A DNA stretch of 64,000 bases from Candidatus Campbellbacteria bacterium. GTDB taxonomy: Bacteria > Patescibacteriota > Minisyncoccia > Phycocordibacterales > JAXHMZ01. The stretch is from positions 15,921 to 79,920 of the forward strand of contig JAXHMZ010000001.1 of NCBI GenBank assembly GCA_034521025.1, read 5' to 3'. Under the pieces are notes generated by a model. The model saw nothing but the letters and a program-made list of their open reading frames with translations, made no database searches and was not told the DNA's origin. Positions within the stretch are counted from its first letter, which is position 1. Each line of letters opens with the position of its first letter. A program made the translations under genes and the position numbers. Of this stretch, positions 20,267 to 30,108 are shown in pieces.

Positions 20267-21505
20267 TTAAAGACCTAAGAAAGTATTTCTTTTAAAACTT
20301 CTACGGTTTTTTCCACTTCTTTCTTTCTCTGTATTGAATCCAAATGAAAACCTCACGGAGCTCTCCGCACATTCTTCCTTTATAACGCGCAATACTTCTG
20401 ACTCATTACCCTTTCTGCTTCGACAGGCACTTCCTCTGGAAACAAAAATTCCCTTAGCATCGAGAGATAAGACAAGCCATTCTGCATCAGCTCCTTTGAA
20501 GCACACATTTACAATGTGCGGAGTCATATTGTCTGTATTTCCGTTTATGCTCGCTTGGCTGATCTCTTTTGTTAATTCTTCGACAAAAAAATCGTGAGAT
20601 CTCACCCAGGCGCTCGCTCTCTTCTTCTACTTTTTCTTGCGCGATTGAAAGCGCTATCCGCAAGCTCTCGATCGCCAGTATATTCTCAGTGCCGGGACGG
20701 AGTCCTTCTTCTTGGCCTCCTCCATATAGCAACGGATGTATTTCAACGCCCTCTTTAACAAAAAGTAAGCCTGAACCCTTTAATCCTCCTACTTTTGATC
20801 CGTCCAAAACCAATAGATCAACACCCAATTTCTGCACATTAAGATCAAAACAGGTTGCCGCCTGCGTTACGTCCAAAAGAAAATATGGATACTTTTCTCC
20901 TGTTTCGTGTCGTCTGAAATGTCGCAACGATCTAACAAGTTCTTCTACCGGTAAAATATTTCCGATCTCGCTGTTGACGTATGAAAACACAGCTAGACAA
21001 GTCTCCTTTCTTAGAGAGTCTTTAAATTCTTTATTATCAATTACTCCTTTTTCATTTGGGGTGAGATAAGTAACCTCAACACCCTCTATCTCTAACGCCC
21101 TCAGAGTTTCTAGAATTGCAGGATGTTCAATACTGCTGGTTACCACATGAGGAGTTTCGAATAATTCTTTTGCTTTTTTTACGGTACCTTGAATTGCAAT
21201 ATTCAATGACTCTGTAGAACCTGAAGTAAAAGTTATTTCTTCCGGAAGTACGCCAAAACATGAGCGGTCTCTTTTCTCGCTTTGGCTATTCTTGATCTGG
21301 CTTCAACTCCCTTTTTGTGTATCGAAGATGGGTTCGCAAAATGTTCCAATGAATCATTAATTTGCGTCAATACTTCACTTCGTACCGGCGCGGATGCTGC
21401 ATAATCCAGATATATTTGATCGTTTTTAAAATCTTTCATTATTTCTATATTACCAGAACAGCTTAACAAAAACTTGTCAGAGAGCAATTTTGTCGGTATA
21501 ATCAA
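20267..21505 (-). pseudogene. Cysteine desulfurase (NifS/IscS/SufS-like, aminotransferase class V) split into three reading frames
   Basis: ORF 21233-21505 is the N-terminus (IYLDYAASAP). ORF 20487-21206 is the PLP domain (DGSKVGGLKGSG). ORF 20267-20605 is the C-terminus (SRGSACRS). Frames 1/2/1. Both junctions sit at homopolymers (T8-9 near 21172-21180, A7 at 20585-20591). Confidence 0.7.
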
Positions 21506-21606
21506 CCGATAGTTTAAGCAAAGGCGTTGCTTATTACTTCTCCAACTAAAACAACCTCGAACAAGCTAACGCTAGTGCTGATTAAAAGAGCTTAATTACA
21601 TGGCCT

Positions 21607-23133
21607 ATGACTGAGAACACTTCAACAACTAAAAAAGAAAGGAATGATCTGCCGGATCGACCTCCGGTTATAACTGTTATGGGTCATATCGACCATGGTA
21701 AGTCACAGCTGTTGGACCATATTCGACATACAAACGTAGTCGAAGGCGAAAGTGGCGGGATCACTCAGCACATCAGCGCTTACGAGGTTGTACACGAGTC
21801 CAAGGAACACGGCACTAAAAAAATAACTTTTCTTGACACACCGGGGCACGAAGCCTTTCAAGCCGTGCGAGCACACGGAGCTCAGGTGGCTGATATAGCG
21901 ATTCTTGTGGTTGCGGCGGACGAAGGTGTCAAACCGCAAACAAAGGAGGCACTAGAAACTATAAAGGCCGCTGGGATTCCGTATATCGTAGCCCTTAACA
22001 AGATAGATAGACCGGAAGCCAGCACCGAAAGAACAAAAATGTCCCTCTCAGAGCACGAAATATATATTGAGGAATATGGCGGTGACGTGCCTTGCGTTCC
22101 CATTTCTGCCAAAACCGGCGAAGGACTAGACGTCCTCTTAGATATGATCCTCTTAGTCGCTGAGCTTGAAGAGCTAAAGGGAGACCCGGAAGACGATCCG
22201 ACGGGGGTCATCATAGAAAGTAACGTAGACCAAAGAAAAGGTGTTTCTGCTACTCTTATAATAAAGAATGGAACAATAGAGACCGGCAATTTTATAGTGG
22301 CCGGGGATGCTTACGCGCCGATACGTATTATGGAGGATTTCGTCGGAAAGAAAATTCCTCAAGCTAGTTTTTCTATGCCAGTTCGCATTGTGGGATTCAA
22401 TAAACCTCCAGCGGTCGGTTCGACTTTTCAAATAGTGAAAAACAAGAAAGAAGCGGAGGCGCTAGTTAAAGAAAATGTGACTGAAAGAAAACAGGCATCG
22501 ACTGAGATGGCAACAGGAGAGAAAAAAGAGATCGTTTTTCCACTCATCATCCGTGCTGACGTTCAAGGGTGTCTCGAGGCCATAAAGCATGAGTTTAACA
22601 AAATCGAAAGCGATTTGGTGGAGATCAAGATAGTTAGCGAAGGCGTAGGTAGTATCAGTGAAAGTGACGTAAAGATGGTAGCCGGTAATGATCACTCAAC
22701 AATCCTTGGTTTTAGAACTCCGATAGACGCCGGTGTCAGTGATGTCGCCGAACGAATGAATGTCGAAATTGAAACTTTTGACGTTATTTACAAGCTCACA
22801 GAGTGGCTCGGAGAAAAAATAAAAGAGATCACGCCGCTACAAGAAATAGACGAGGAGTTGGGACAAGCCAAAATACTCAAGAACTTTAGCAGAAGTAAAA
22901 ATAAGCAAGTTTTGGGCGGCAAAGTAACCGAAGGCAAACTAACCAAAGGAGATAGGATAAAAATACTTCGCAGAGGTGAAAACGTTGGACGAGGCAGAAT
23001 CTTAGAGTTACAATCACAGAAGATAAAAACGAATGAAGTACATGAAGATTCGGAGTTCGGCACCATGCTCGAGACAAAGGAAGATGTGTCGTCCGGAGAC
23101 ACATTGGTAGCTTTCAAAACTGTAGAGAAATAG
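21607..23133 (+). CDS. infB: Translation initiation factor IF-2 (short form: G domain plus C-terminal domains only)
   Basis: GHIDHGKS, DTPGHEAF, NKID G-motifs. Ends 1 nt before rbfA. Confidence 0.9.
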   Translation: MTENTSTTKKERNDLPDRPPVITVMGHIDHGKSQLLDHIRHTNVVEGESGGITQHISAYEVVHESKEHGTKKITFLDTPGHEAFQAVRAHGAQVADIAILVVAADEGVKPQTKEALETIKAAGIPYIVALNKIDRPEASTERTKMSLSEHEIYIEEYGGDVPCVPISAKTGEGLDVLLDMILLVAELEELKGDPEDDPTGVIIESNVDQRKGVSATLIIKNGTIETGNFIVAGDAYAPIRIMEDFVGKKIPQASFSMPVRIVGFNKPPAVGSTFQIVKNKKEAEALVKENVTERKQASTEMATGEKKEIVFPLIIRADVQGCLEAIKHEFNKIESDLVEIKIVSEGVGSISESDVKMVAGNDHSTILGFRTPIDAGVSDVAERMNVEIETFDVIYKLTEWLGEKIKEITPLQEIDEELGQAKILKNFSRSKNKQVLGGKVTEGKLTKGDRIKILRRGENVGRGRILELQSQKIKTNEVHEDSEFGTMLETKEDVSSGDTLVAFKTVEK

Positions 23134-23134
23134 C

Positions 23135-23455
23135 ATGACAATACGTCAGAAAAAAGTGGCAGAGCTTATACACAAACTCGCCGCCGAATATGTCTCGCGC
23201 GAAGCAAATTCGCTCTCTATGATAACCGTAACCGGAGCCGATATTTCTCGTGACTTGGTTAATGCTAAAGTCTTCTTTACGGTTTTACCGGAAGACAAAG
23301 AAGAATCGGCGAGTGAATTCCTGGAAAGGAAAAAATATGATTTCAGAGAGTACGTACGCAAGAGTACTTCACTCAAAATACTACCAAAAATAGATTTTGC
23401 CCTTGACCTTGGCGAGAAAAACCGTCAACGTATTGAAGAACTTTCAAAAAAGTAA
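23135..23455 (+). CDS. rbfA: Ribosome-binding factor A
   Basis: RbfA-like sequence, in infB-rbfA synteny. Confidence 0.75.
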   Translation: MTIRQKKVAELIHKLAAEYVSREANSLSMITVTGADISRDLVNAKVFFTVLPEDKEESASEFLERKKYDFREYVRKSTSLKILPKIDFALDLGEKNRQRIEELSKK

Positions 23456-23457
23456 AC

Positions 23458-23529
23458 TGGCACGGTGGCGAAGTGGTAACGCAGCGGTCTGCAAAACCGC
23501 GATTCACGGGTTCGATTCCCGTTCGTGCC
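23458..23529 (+). tRNA. tRNA-Cys(GCA)
   Basis: Acceptor GGCACGG/TCGTGCC, anticodon stem GCGGT/ACCGC, loop CTGCAAA. Confidence 0.8.
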
Positions 23530-23585
23530 TCAATTTCTAATTCTTCTCTAGGAGTTCTAATGTCTAATAAAAGTAAAAAATAAGG

Positions 23586-23612
23586 GCCACTGAGTATTCA
23601 GTGGCCCTGTGT
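23586..23612 (+). terminator. Terminator hairpin after tRNA-Cys
   Basis: gggccactgagtattcagtggccc. Confidence 0.5.
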
Positions 23613-23641
23613 GGGAGAGCAGTGATATTTTCTAGTGGGTC

Positions 23642-23896
23642 TTATCGCGTCAATCTTACAAGCGCGCCGGCTCGATTGATCTCGCGAATGGCTTGCAGTG
23701 TAAGGTCGGCGTGCCTACAGGCATCTCTCTCGCTAAAGCCCTCTTTTCTCTTATGTTCGCGGGCGTTCATCCAGGTGCGCTTCTCCTCGTCTGTACGTCC
23801 ACGAACCGGCAGTTGAAGCAACTTGACCTTTTTTGCATTTCTCATAACTGCTCCACTAAGCAACATTAGAGGCTTGTTGACTGACCACTCTCCCAA
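23642..23896 (-). CDS. Hypothetical small basic protein, possibly a ribbon-helix-helix-type DNA binder
   Basis: 84-aa ORF. The VKLLQLPVRGRTDEEKRTWMNAREHKRKEGFSERDA pattern resembles a beta-strand plus two helices. Weak call. Confidence 0.25.
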   Translation of the reverse strand: MGEWSVNKPLMLLSGAVMRNAKKVKLLQLPVRGRTDEEKRTWMNAREHKRKEGFSERDACRHADLTLQAIREINRAGALVRLTR

Positions 23897-23994
23897 CCGG
23901 GAGTTTAAATTAACGAGAGAAAATTAGCAAGAAAATATTTTTGCCCTTAAGTTGATAACATAGATTACAATTTTGTTTTATACTAGAGATAAGT

Positions 23995-25305
23995 ATGAAA
24001 AAGCTTATCAAAAGGTTGCTTCCGGAAAGATCGCTGCTTTTTTATCACTATTTAGTAGCTATATTCGCCGCCATACGCTTTGGCTTTCCATCACGCGACA
24101 TGGTTGTAATAGGTGTTACCGGTACAAAGGGCAAAACCTCGGCAGCAAACTTCATTTGGTCTGTTCTGCAAATGAGCGACTATAAGACCGGCATCATCAC
24201 AACGGCCAATATTCGCATCGGGCACAAAGAGATAACCAACGATATGCATATGACAATGCCCGGCCGATTTGCTATTCAAAAACTTCTCAGTGAGATGGCA
24301 GAGGAAGGATGTACGCACGTAGTGGTAGAAACTACTTCAGAGGGCCTTAAGCAGTTCCGACACGTAGGCATAAATTACGATTACTGTATATTTACGAACC
24401 TCTATCCTGAACACCTATCTTCGCACGAAGGAAGTATGGAAAAATATAAAGAACAAAAAGGGGTTCTGTTCAAAACTCTTTCGCGTTCCCGTCGCAAGGT
24501 AGTAAATAACAGACGTATTGCCAAGGTAAACATAGTCAATCGTGACAGTGACTACGCCGAATATTTCGGATCATTCAAGGCCGATCATAAAACAGACTTT
24601 TCAATTGAAGAAAAATCAGACTTTCAAGCCAAAAATATAGAGGATACTGAGCTCGGAGTCGCCTTTAAGGTCAACGGAGACAAATACGAGATCTTGATCC
24701 CTGGCAAATTTAATGTGTATAACGCCCTCCCTGCCATAGCCGTGGCAAAAGAAGAGAAAATTCCCAAAGAAAATGTCGCCAGAGGACTAAAGCAACTAAG
24801 CATTATTCCCGGACGAATGGAAAGGATAGACGTGGGTCAAAATTTCTTTACCTTTGTCGACTACGCTCACGAACGTGAAAGTATGCGACAATCTCTAGAA
24901 ACGGCCAGCTCCATCGTGCGTCCAAGCGATCGAATAATAGTTCTCTTAGGAGCCGAGGGAGGCGGTAGAGACATCGCCAAGCGCAGTGCTATGGGAGAAG
25001 TAGCGGCTAGTATTGCTGACTGCGTTGTCGTATCTAACGTTGACCCCTATGATAGCGACCCGGAAGAAATACTGGAAGATATCGCCCGAGCCTCGGAAGA
25101 ACACGGAAAGGTTCGCGACAAAGATCTTTTTGTTATAGAAGATCGGCGCGAAGGAATACGAAAGGCGCTTTCACTAGCGCGTCCGGATGACATCGTAATG
25201 ATAACCGGCAAAGGATCTGAGCAATCCATCATAATAGGAAATAAAAAAATTCCCTGGGATGACAGAGAAGTAACCCAGGAAGAGCTTCTTAATATGAAAA
25301 AATAA
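23995..25305 (+). CDS. Mur ligase family protein (MurE/MurF-like)
   Basis: VIGVTGTKGKTS P-loop, NLYPEHLSSHEGSMEKY, DYAHERESM...LLGAEGGGRD. Confidence 0.6.
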   Translation: MKKLIKRLLPERSLLFYHYLVAIFAAIRFGFPSRDMVVIGVTGTKGKTSAANFIWSVLQMSDYKTGIITTANIRIGHKEITNDMHMTMPGRFAIQKLLSEMAEEGCTHVVVETTSEGLKQFRHVGINYDYCIFTNLYPEHLSSHEGSMEKYKEQKGVLFKTLSRSRRKVVNNRRIAKVNIVNRDSDYAEYFGSFKADHKTDFSIEEKSDFQAKNIEDTELGVAFKVNGDKYEILIPGKFNVYNALPAIAVAKEEKIPKENVARGLKQLSIIPGRMERIDVGQNFFTFVDYAHERESMRQSLETASSIVRPSDRIIVLLGAEGGGRDIAKRSAMGEVAASIADCVVVSNVDPYDSDPEEILEDIARASEEHGKVRDKDLFVIEDRREGIRKALSLARPDDIVMITGKGSEQSIIIGNKKIPWDDREVTQEELLNMKK

Positions 25306-25329
25306 AGCGTCCCGTGGGACGCTTGTGAG
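25306..25329 (+). terminator. Terminator hairpin
   Basis: aaagcgtcccgtgggacgcttgt. Confidence 0.5.
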
Positions 25330-25591
25330 AATTTGGTCTACCTCGATATTATCAAGGCAAACTGAGTAGCAAGAACTGAAACCGTGAAATAATACGGTAT
25401 TAACTTTTTAACCTTCCCTGCCGGCATGCCGCCTATTACTAGAAGTAGAACGGGTACAGAGGTCGCGATCATAGCAACCAAAACCACCCAAACGGAAAGT
25501 TGTATTCCTGTCATTTCTACCTCCTATGTTTGGCAAGAAAACCTTTGCGTTTTATATCAGCTTTAAGTAAAGTATTCAATAGTGAATATTT

Positions 25592-25674
25592 GCCCGGGTG
25601 GCGGAATAGGTAGACGCGCGAGACTTAAAATTTCGTAACCTTTGGTTGTGCGGGTTCGATTCCCGCCCCGGGCA
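25592..25674 (+). tRNA. tRNA-Leu(TAA), type II
   Basis: Acceptor GCCCGGG/CCCGGGC, loop CTTAAAA, long variable arm. Confidence 0.8.
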
Positions 25675-26100
25675 CAACGAACAAAGTGAGTTGGTAGAAA
25701 GCTCATTTCTGAGCTTTCGTGCGGGAATCGAAAAGGTTCTCCCATATCCCTCACCAGTTTTCTGGTGGGGGATGGGAAACCTGCACAGATCCTGTAAGGT
25801 TGAGCTGCGAGCGAGCGCAGCAACGAAAAACCTTTTGAGATATTTTGTGAGATACCGAAACAAAATATCCAAAAGGTGTACTGATCTCGTGAATCGATTC
25901 GCCCCGGGCACTAATAAAACCAATGGAAGTAGCAAGCAAACAGTTTGCTTCGGTGAACGAAATCGAAAAGGTTGAGTAGTCGGACGGAACGAAGTGATAC
26001 GACACGATACCGATTGTAGTTCAGATTCCCGCCCCGAGCACAAGAGAGTGAAGCGAGCGTAATGCTCGGGAGCATGCAAACTGCTTTGTGTGCGATGAAG
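25675..26100 (+). repeat. tRNA-3'-end-associated repeat array (units about 240, 127 and one partial), with mimics GATTCGCCCCGGGCAC and CAGATTCCCGCCCCGAGCAC
   Basis: Begins caACGAACAAAGTGAG. Contains the CGAAAAGG and CAAACTGCTTTG motifs. Confidence 0.75.
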
Positions 26101-26237
26101 AATCAAAAAATTGATTCTTGCAAAAAGTGTTTTTTCAACGTAGAATGTTTTTCGTCTATTTTTGGAAAAGCAATCTAGCAACCTGCGATAGGAAAATTTG
26201 ATTCAAGATCCTGAGGTTATACAATAGCTAGAGTGTA

Positions 26238-26438
26238 GATATTAGACCCGCCCATAGCTCAGTTGGATAAAACAGAAACTGCTTTCTGTTTTATCCGGTT
26301 CCGCGTAAGCGGAAACTTCCGTTGTTGAGCGTAGCGAAACAGGAAGTAGGAGGAAGAGTTTACTCTAACAACTGAGCATTTCGGGGACAGTACATAAGCA
26401 CTGGTACCATCGCGTGGTATAGTGGTACAAATAATTAA
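26238..26438 (+). repeat. Duplicated 5' fragment of tRNA-Lys (ccgcccatagctcagttgg) followed by an insert of about 180 nt, directly upstream of the intact tRNA-Lys
   Basis: The first 19 nt of tRNA-Lys are repeated at 26238. The insert begins with the hairpin ggataaaacagaaactgctttctgttttatcc. Confidence 0.7.
26416..26423 (+). promoter_or_regulatory. Extended -10-like box TGGTATAGT upstream of tRNA-Lys (the same motif lies upstream of tRNA-Arg)
   Basis: gtggtatagtggta is shared by the Lys and Arg tRNA upstream regions. TGcTATACT is found upstream of tRNA-Val at 48503-48511. Confidence 0.35.
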
Positions 26439-26511
26439 CCGCCCATAGCTCAGTTGGTAGAGCAGTTGCCTTTTAAGCAAACGGTCCTAGGTTCGAATCC
26501 TAGTGGGCGGA
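26439..26511 (+). tRNA. tRNA-Lys(TTT)
   Basis: Acceptor CCGCCCA/TGGGCGG, loop CTTTTAA, T-loop TTCGAAT. Confidence 0.8.
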
Positions 26512-26960
26512 CACGAAAGAAGTGAGGGGACGACCAAGCAAACAAATAGTTTTGTTTGCGTCTAGGATGAGAAGAGGTCGAATATATCGCGCGCAGTACA
26601 GCGAGCACGATTTGAGACCTGTACCGAATCCGTAAGATTCGAATCCTGAGTCGGGCGGACACGAAAGAAGTGAGGGGACGACCAAGCAAACAAATAGTTT
26701 TGTTTGCGTCTAGGATGAGAAAAGGCTCAAATGGTCCGGGGGACTGTTTGAGAAGGTTGCCAGATAGTTTGAGAGCTTGCGAACCAAACTATCGACAACC
26801 TGTACAGCTCCTGTAAGGAGGAATTAATCGGGCGCAGCTTGGCGAGCACGATTTGAGACCTGTACCGAATCTGTAAGATTCGAATCCTGAGTCGGGCGGA
26901 CACGAACAAAGTGAGAGGACGACCAAGCAAGCAAATAGTTTTGTTTGTTTTAGTGTGGAT
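26512..26960 (+). repeat. tRNA-3'-end-associated repeat array: unit 1 about 147 nt; unit 2 is the same plus a nested ~105-nt module; then a partial unit 3. Units end in GATTCGAATCCTGAGTCGGGCGGA
   Basis: cACGAAAGAAGTGAGGGGACGACCAAGCAAACAAATAGTTTTGTTTGC is repeated at 26512, 26659 and 26899. The nested module at 26727-26832 is about 95% identical to 48697-48802. Confidence 0.85.
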
Positions 26961-27016
26961 AACAAAAGAAGATCGTGCGTGTAGAATGCAATAGTAACAT
27001 TTAAATATAAAATTTT

Positions 27017-28321
27017 ATGAATAAGCAACTAACTGATTACGTACGCACCCAACTCGAAGCAGGAGTGTCACGCGAAGACATCACTCGGGCTTTAAAATCC
27101 GAAGGCGGATGGACAGAAGAAGAAATTGACAAGGCATTAAAGATCGTTGAAGGCGACCTTGGCAATACAAGCTCTGCTGACCAGGAACAGCCTGAGACTA
27201 GAACAGAGAACATCACTAGTAGCCAAGCAAGCTCTTCTGCTCCTCTCCTGGTTGGGGTAGTGGTACTCCTTTTTGTGGGAGGAATAGCTGGTGCTGCTTA
27301 TTTTAGAAATCATATTCCCTTCTTAAATTTTAGCGAACGCCCACCAGAAGATCTGCTCGAAAGAATAGGTCAAGCTTATAAAGAGCTTGATTCCTTTTCA
27401 TTTTCAACTCAAGCGGATATCACGACGGAAGGACCTATGTCTTACTTTGATCCTCTTGCCAAGGAAGACCCTTCGGAGTTAGTTTCAATGGATTATTCCG
27501 TGAATATTGACGGCGGTTTTGATGTCTCGGATGTTAATTCAATAACGGCTACTATGAATGCATCAATGGAAACTTCTACTTCTGAAAACTTCAAGGCCGG
27601 TAGTAATGACTTTGATTCTGAATTGGCGATCAGATTTATAGACAATACGCTGTATATAAATCTAGCTAAAGCCCCGAATATTGGATTTTTCTCCTTGTCT
27701 CCGTTTGAAAACCAGTGGATCTCTATAGACCCAGAAAGTAGTGAGGAATTTGGTTACTCTATTTCAGAAGAAGAACTCGACAAAAACGTAGAAGAAGTGA
27801 TCGCTCAAGCAATGGAAGTGGCCGGACAGCTAAAAGAAATTAACGCCGAACACGGAGGTTTTGAAGTAGCCTACGAAGGAACCGAAAGGATAGAAGGCGA
27901 CAGTTCTTATCATTTTGCTATAGGCATAAACAAGGAAAATATTTACGACACACTCGTCGCTATATCAGAAGAATTTAGCGTGGAAGGCGAAGAAGTTAAT
28001 TATCCACCGCGTTCAGAACTAGAAGAAATGCTGAAACCAGTTGAAAACGTATCTTTAGACGTTTACGTTAGCAAATCAAACTATCTCGTCACAAAAGAAT
28101 CGTTAAGCGCTGAGTACAGTGATGACGAAGAAGCTAGCGGCACTATGAACGTAACTACAACCTACTCCAACTTCAATGAACCATTAAACGTCGAAGCTCC
28201 AGAAGACGCTAGGTCATTTGAAGATGTACTCAATGAGATGTTCGGTCCTATGATGAACTCACAGATGAATACTGGAGTAAATCAAGGTGACGGCTCAGAT
28301 TCTTTTGAGATTGATAGCTGA
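27017..28321 (+). CDS. Hypothetical single-pass membrane protein with a small N-terminal cytoplasmic domain and a large extracytoplasmic domain
   Basis: TM helix LLVGVVVLLFVGGIAGAAYF about 75 aa in. No recognisable family. Confidence 0.4.
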   Translation: MNKQLTDYVRTQLEAGVSREDITRALKSEGGWTEEEIDKALKIVEGDLGNTSSADQEQPETRTENITSSQASSSAPLLVGVVVLLFVGGIAGAAYFRNHIPFLNFSERPPEDLLERIGQAYKELDSFSFSTQADITTEGPMSYFDPLAKEDPSELVSMDYSVNIDGGFDVSDVNSITATMNASMETSTSENFKAGSNDFDSELAIRFIDNTLYINLAKAPNIGFFSLSPFENQWISIDPESSEEFGYSISEEELDKNVEEVIAQAMEVAGQLKEINAEHGGFEVAYEGTERIEGDSSYHFAIGINKENIYDTLVAISEEFSVEGEEVNYPPRSELEEMLKPVENVSLDVYVSKSNYLVTKESLSAEYSDDEEASGTMNVTTTYSNFNEPLNVEAPEDARSFEDVLNEMFGPMMNSQMNTGVNQGDGSDSFEIDS

Positions 28322-28405
28322 AGCAACTTCTAGAATCTTAGAATCAAAATAGTGGGTTAATAACTTGAGTAAAGTATATAGCTTTGCTATGCTTGGTGAC
28401 ATCAC

Positions 28406-28487
28406 GCCGGGGTGGCGAAATTGGTAGACGCGCCAGTCTTAGGAACTGGTGGAGCAATCCATGGAGGTTCGAGTCCTCTCCCCGGCA
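28406..28487 (+). tRNA. tRNA-Leu(TAG), type II
   Basis: Acceptor GCCGGGG/CCCCGGC, anticodon stem CCAGT/ACTGG, loop CTTAGGA. Confidence 0.8.
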
Positions 28488-28975
28488 CACGAACAAAGTG
28501 AGTGTGACGGGGAAGCAGGCAAACTGCTTTGCCTGCGTGAGAGGACTCGAGAATGAGCATATCGCAGCGGAGCTTGTGACACATACGAGATCTGTACAGG
28601 TTCTGTAAGAACCGAGTCCTCTCCCCGGCACACGAACAAAGTGAGTGTGACGGGGAAGCAGGTAAACTGCTTTACCTGTGCGAGGACGAGAAAAGGCTGA
28701 GTTTATCGCAACGAGTCCGCAGGACGAAGTGTCAGTCTGTACCGAACCGAAGTCGACTCCCCGGCACAGGTTGAGCGCAGCGAAAGCTGGGCCGGGAGAA
28801 AGACAATTTCTTGTCTTGCGTGAGAGGGCTCGAAAAGATCGAGTATATCGAGCGCAACTCTGTGAGCACGATACGAGATCTGTACAGGTTCAGTAAGAAC
28901 CGAGTCCTCTCCCCGGCACAAGTGAGTCCGCGAACGCAGTGACGGGAGCAGGTAAACTGTTTTGCCTGCGTGATT
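28488..28975 (+). repeat. tRNA-3'-end-associated repeat array (3 units plus a partial); units end in CCGAGTCCTCTCCCCGGCAC or GTCGACTCCCCGGCAC
   Basis: cACGAACAAAGTGAGTGTGACGGGGAAGCAGG[CT]AAACTGCTTT[GA]CCTG occurs at 28488 and 28632. Mimics at about 28612-28631, 28753-28768 and 28899-28918. Confidence 0.85.
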
Positions 28976-29079
28976 TGTTGTATCTCTTTTTATATTTGAC
29001 AAAAAGTGTTTTTATAGTATAATCTCAAGCAGAACTAACTTACGTTTCTTGACATAACTCAACACGAAAGGAGTTAAAA

Positions 29080-30108
29080 ATGAAAAGCTACTTCGACATT
29101 CTCGGAGCCTACTTTGACGTTGAAGGATTCAACAGATCACAAGAGCAAAGCGAGACCTTTGTCATTCCCAAGGTAGAAAGTTACATCCTTGGGGCTATAA
29201 TTTCGACAGCATTCGCGATTGTAGCTTGGATCCTACTGCTAGTTACCTTCGGCATGCTTTCGATAGATCTCAATATCGCATTGAGTTTGTTGATGGCAAT
29301 TGGCGTATGGATGGTGGTCTTCGCAGGCGGCCTGGTAAGCATTGAAGTGGGGTTTCTGGGAGTCATCGTAATTCTGGGTGAGCGTATTAAAAATGCTCAT
29401 CTAGGTGAAGGTGTCTTCTGGCTCATCCCCTTCTTCACCAGCTCAGAGTACGTGGACGCCCGACAACAGCATAAAGATACCCACGTTAACCAAGCGCTAA
29501 CAAAAGGAACAGGCAAGGTAGGCAAAGTAGACTTGGACGTGGATGTAAACTCTGCATGGCTAGTGGACAATCCGTACAGACGACTGAACGTCAATATGGC
29601 AAACATTGAAGGTTTAGTAGATGATGCTATAAGGAGCTCAGTTGTAAGCGTAATTGGACGTCACACCAGAAAACAGGTTTTTAGAAAACACCAAAAAATA
29701 TCCAAAGAAACTAAATACGGAGAAGGCGTTAGTGAGCTTAGTGTAGAAATCGCGAAAGAGATCGAGGGAAACATCGCAACTTTTGGCGGAAAGATCGTTA
29801 GGGTCTACATCTCTACCCTCCTGCCGGACGCAAAACTGATAGAACAAGAACGCCGGGTGGCAATTGAGGAAGCACAACGAGACGCTGAGCGAATTCAATC
29901 CCAGCACGTAATCGATGAAGTAAATAAAATCGCAAAGGAAACGGGGGCGTCCAAAGAACAAGCGGGTCAGTGGTTCCTTGCACAAATTGATAAGGCCGAA
30001 ATCAAGGTTGATCAGAACAACTTCAACGTAAACACAGAAACTCTTGACGCTCTCAAGGTAATTAGCGATTCCGTGATCAACAAGATCTTGGGGAAACAAG
30101 GTGACTAA
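29080..30108 (+). CDS. SPFH/band-7 (stomatin/prohibitin/HflK-C-like) membrane protein
   Basis: N-terminal TMs, SPFH core, C-terminal coiled-coil (RRVAIEEAQRDAERIQ). RBS AAAGGAG. Confidence 0.65.
   Translation: MKSYFDILGAYFDVEGFNRSQEQSETFVIPKVESYILGAIISTAFAIVAWILLLVTFGMLSIDLNIALSLLMAIGVWMVVFAGGLVSIEVGFLGVIVILGERIKNAHLGEGVFWLIPFFTSSEYVDARQQHKDTHVNQALTKGTGKVGKVDLDVDVNSAWLVDNPYRRLNVNMANIEGLVDDAIRSSVVSVIGRHTRKQVFRKHQKISKETKYGEGVSELSVEIAKEIEGNIATFGGKIVRVYISTLLPDAKLIEQERRVAIEEAQRDAERIQSQHVIDEVNKIAKETGASKEQAGQWFLAQIDKAEIKVDQNNFNVNTETLDALKVISDSVINKILGKQGD

Noticed and set aside
25563-26181. ORFs 25576-26181 (201 aa), 25646-25975 and 25751-26005 around tRNA-Leu(TAA).
   Set aside because: They overlap the tRNA gene and the repeat units. 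They have no RBS, and their composition follows the repeats. The same reasoning applies to ORFs 26259-26480, 26450-26689, 26727-26930, 26789-27028, 28344-28639, 28703-29002, 47769-47975, 56622-56846 and 57719-58006.
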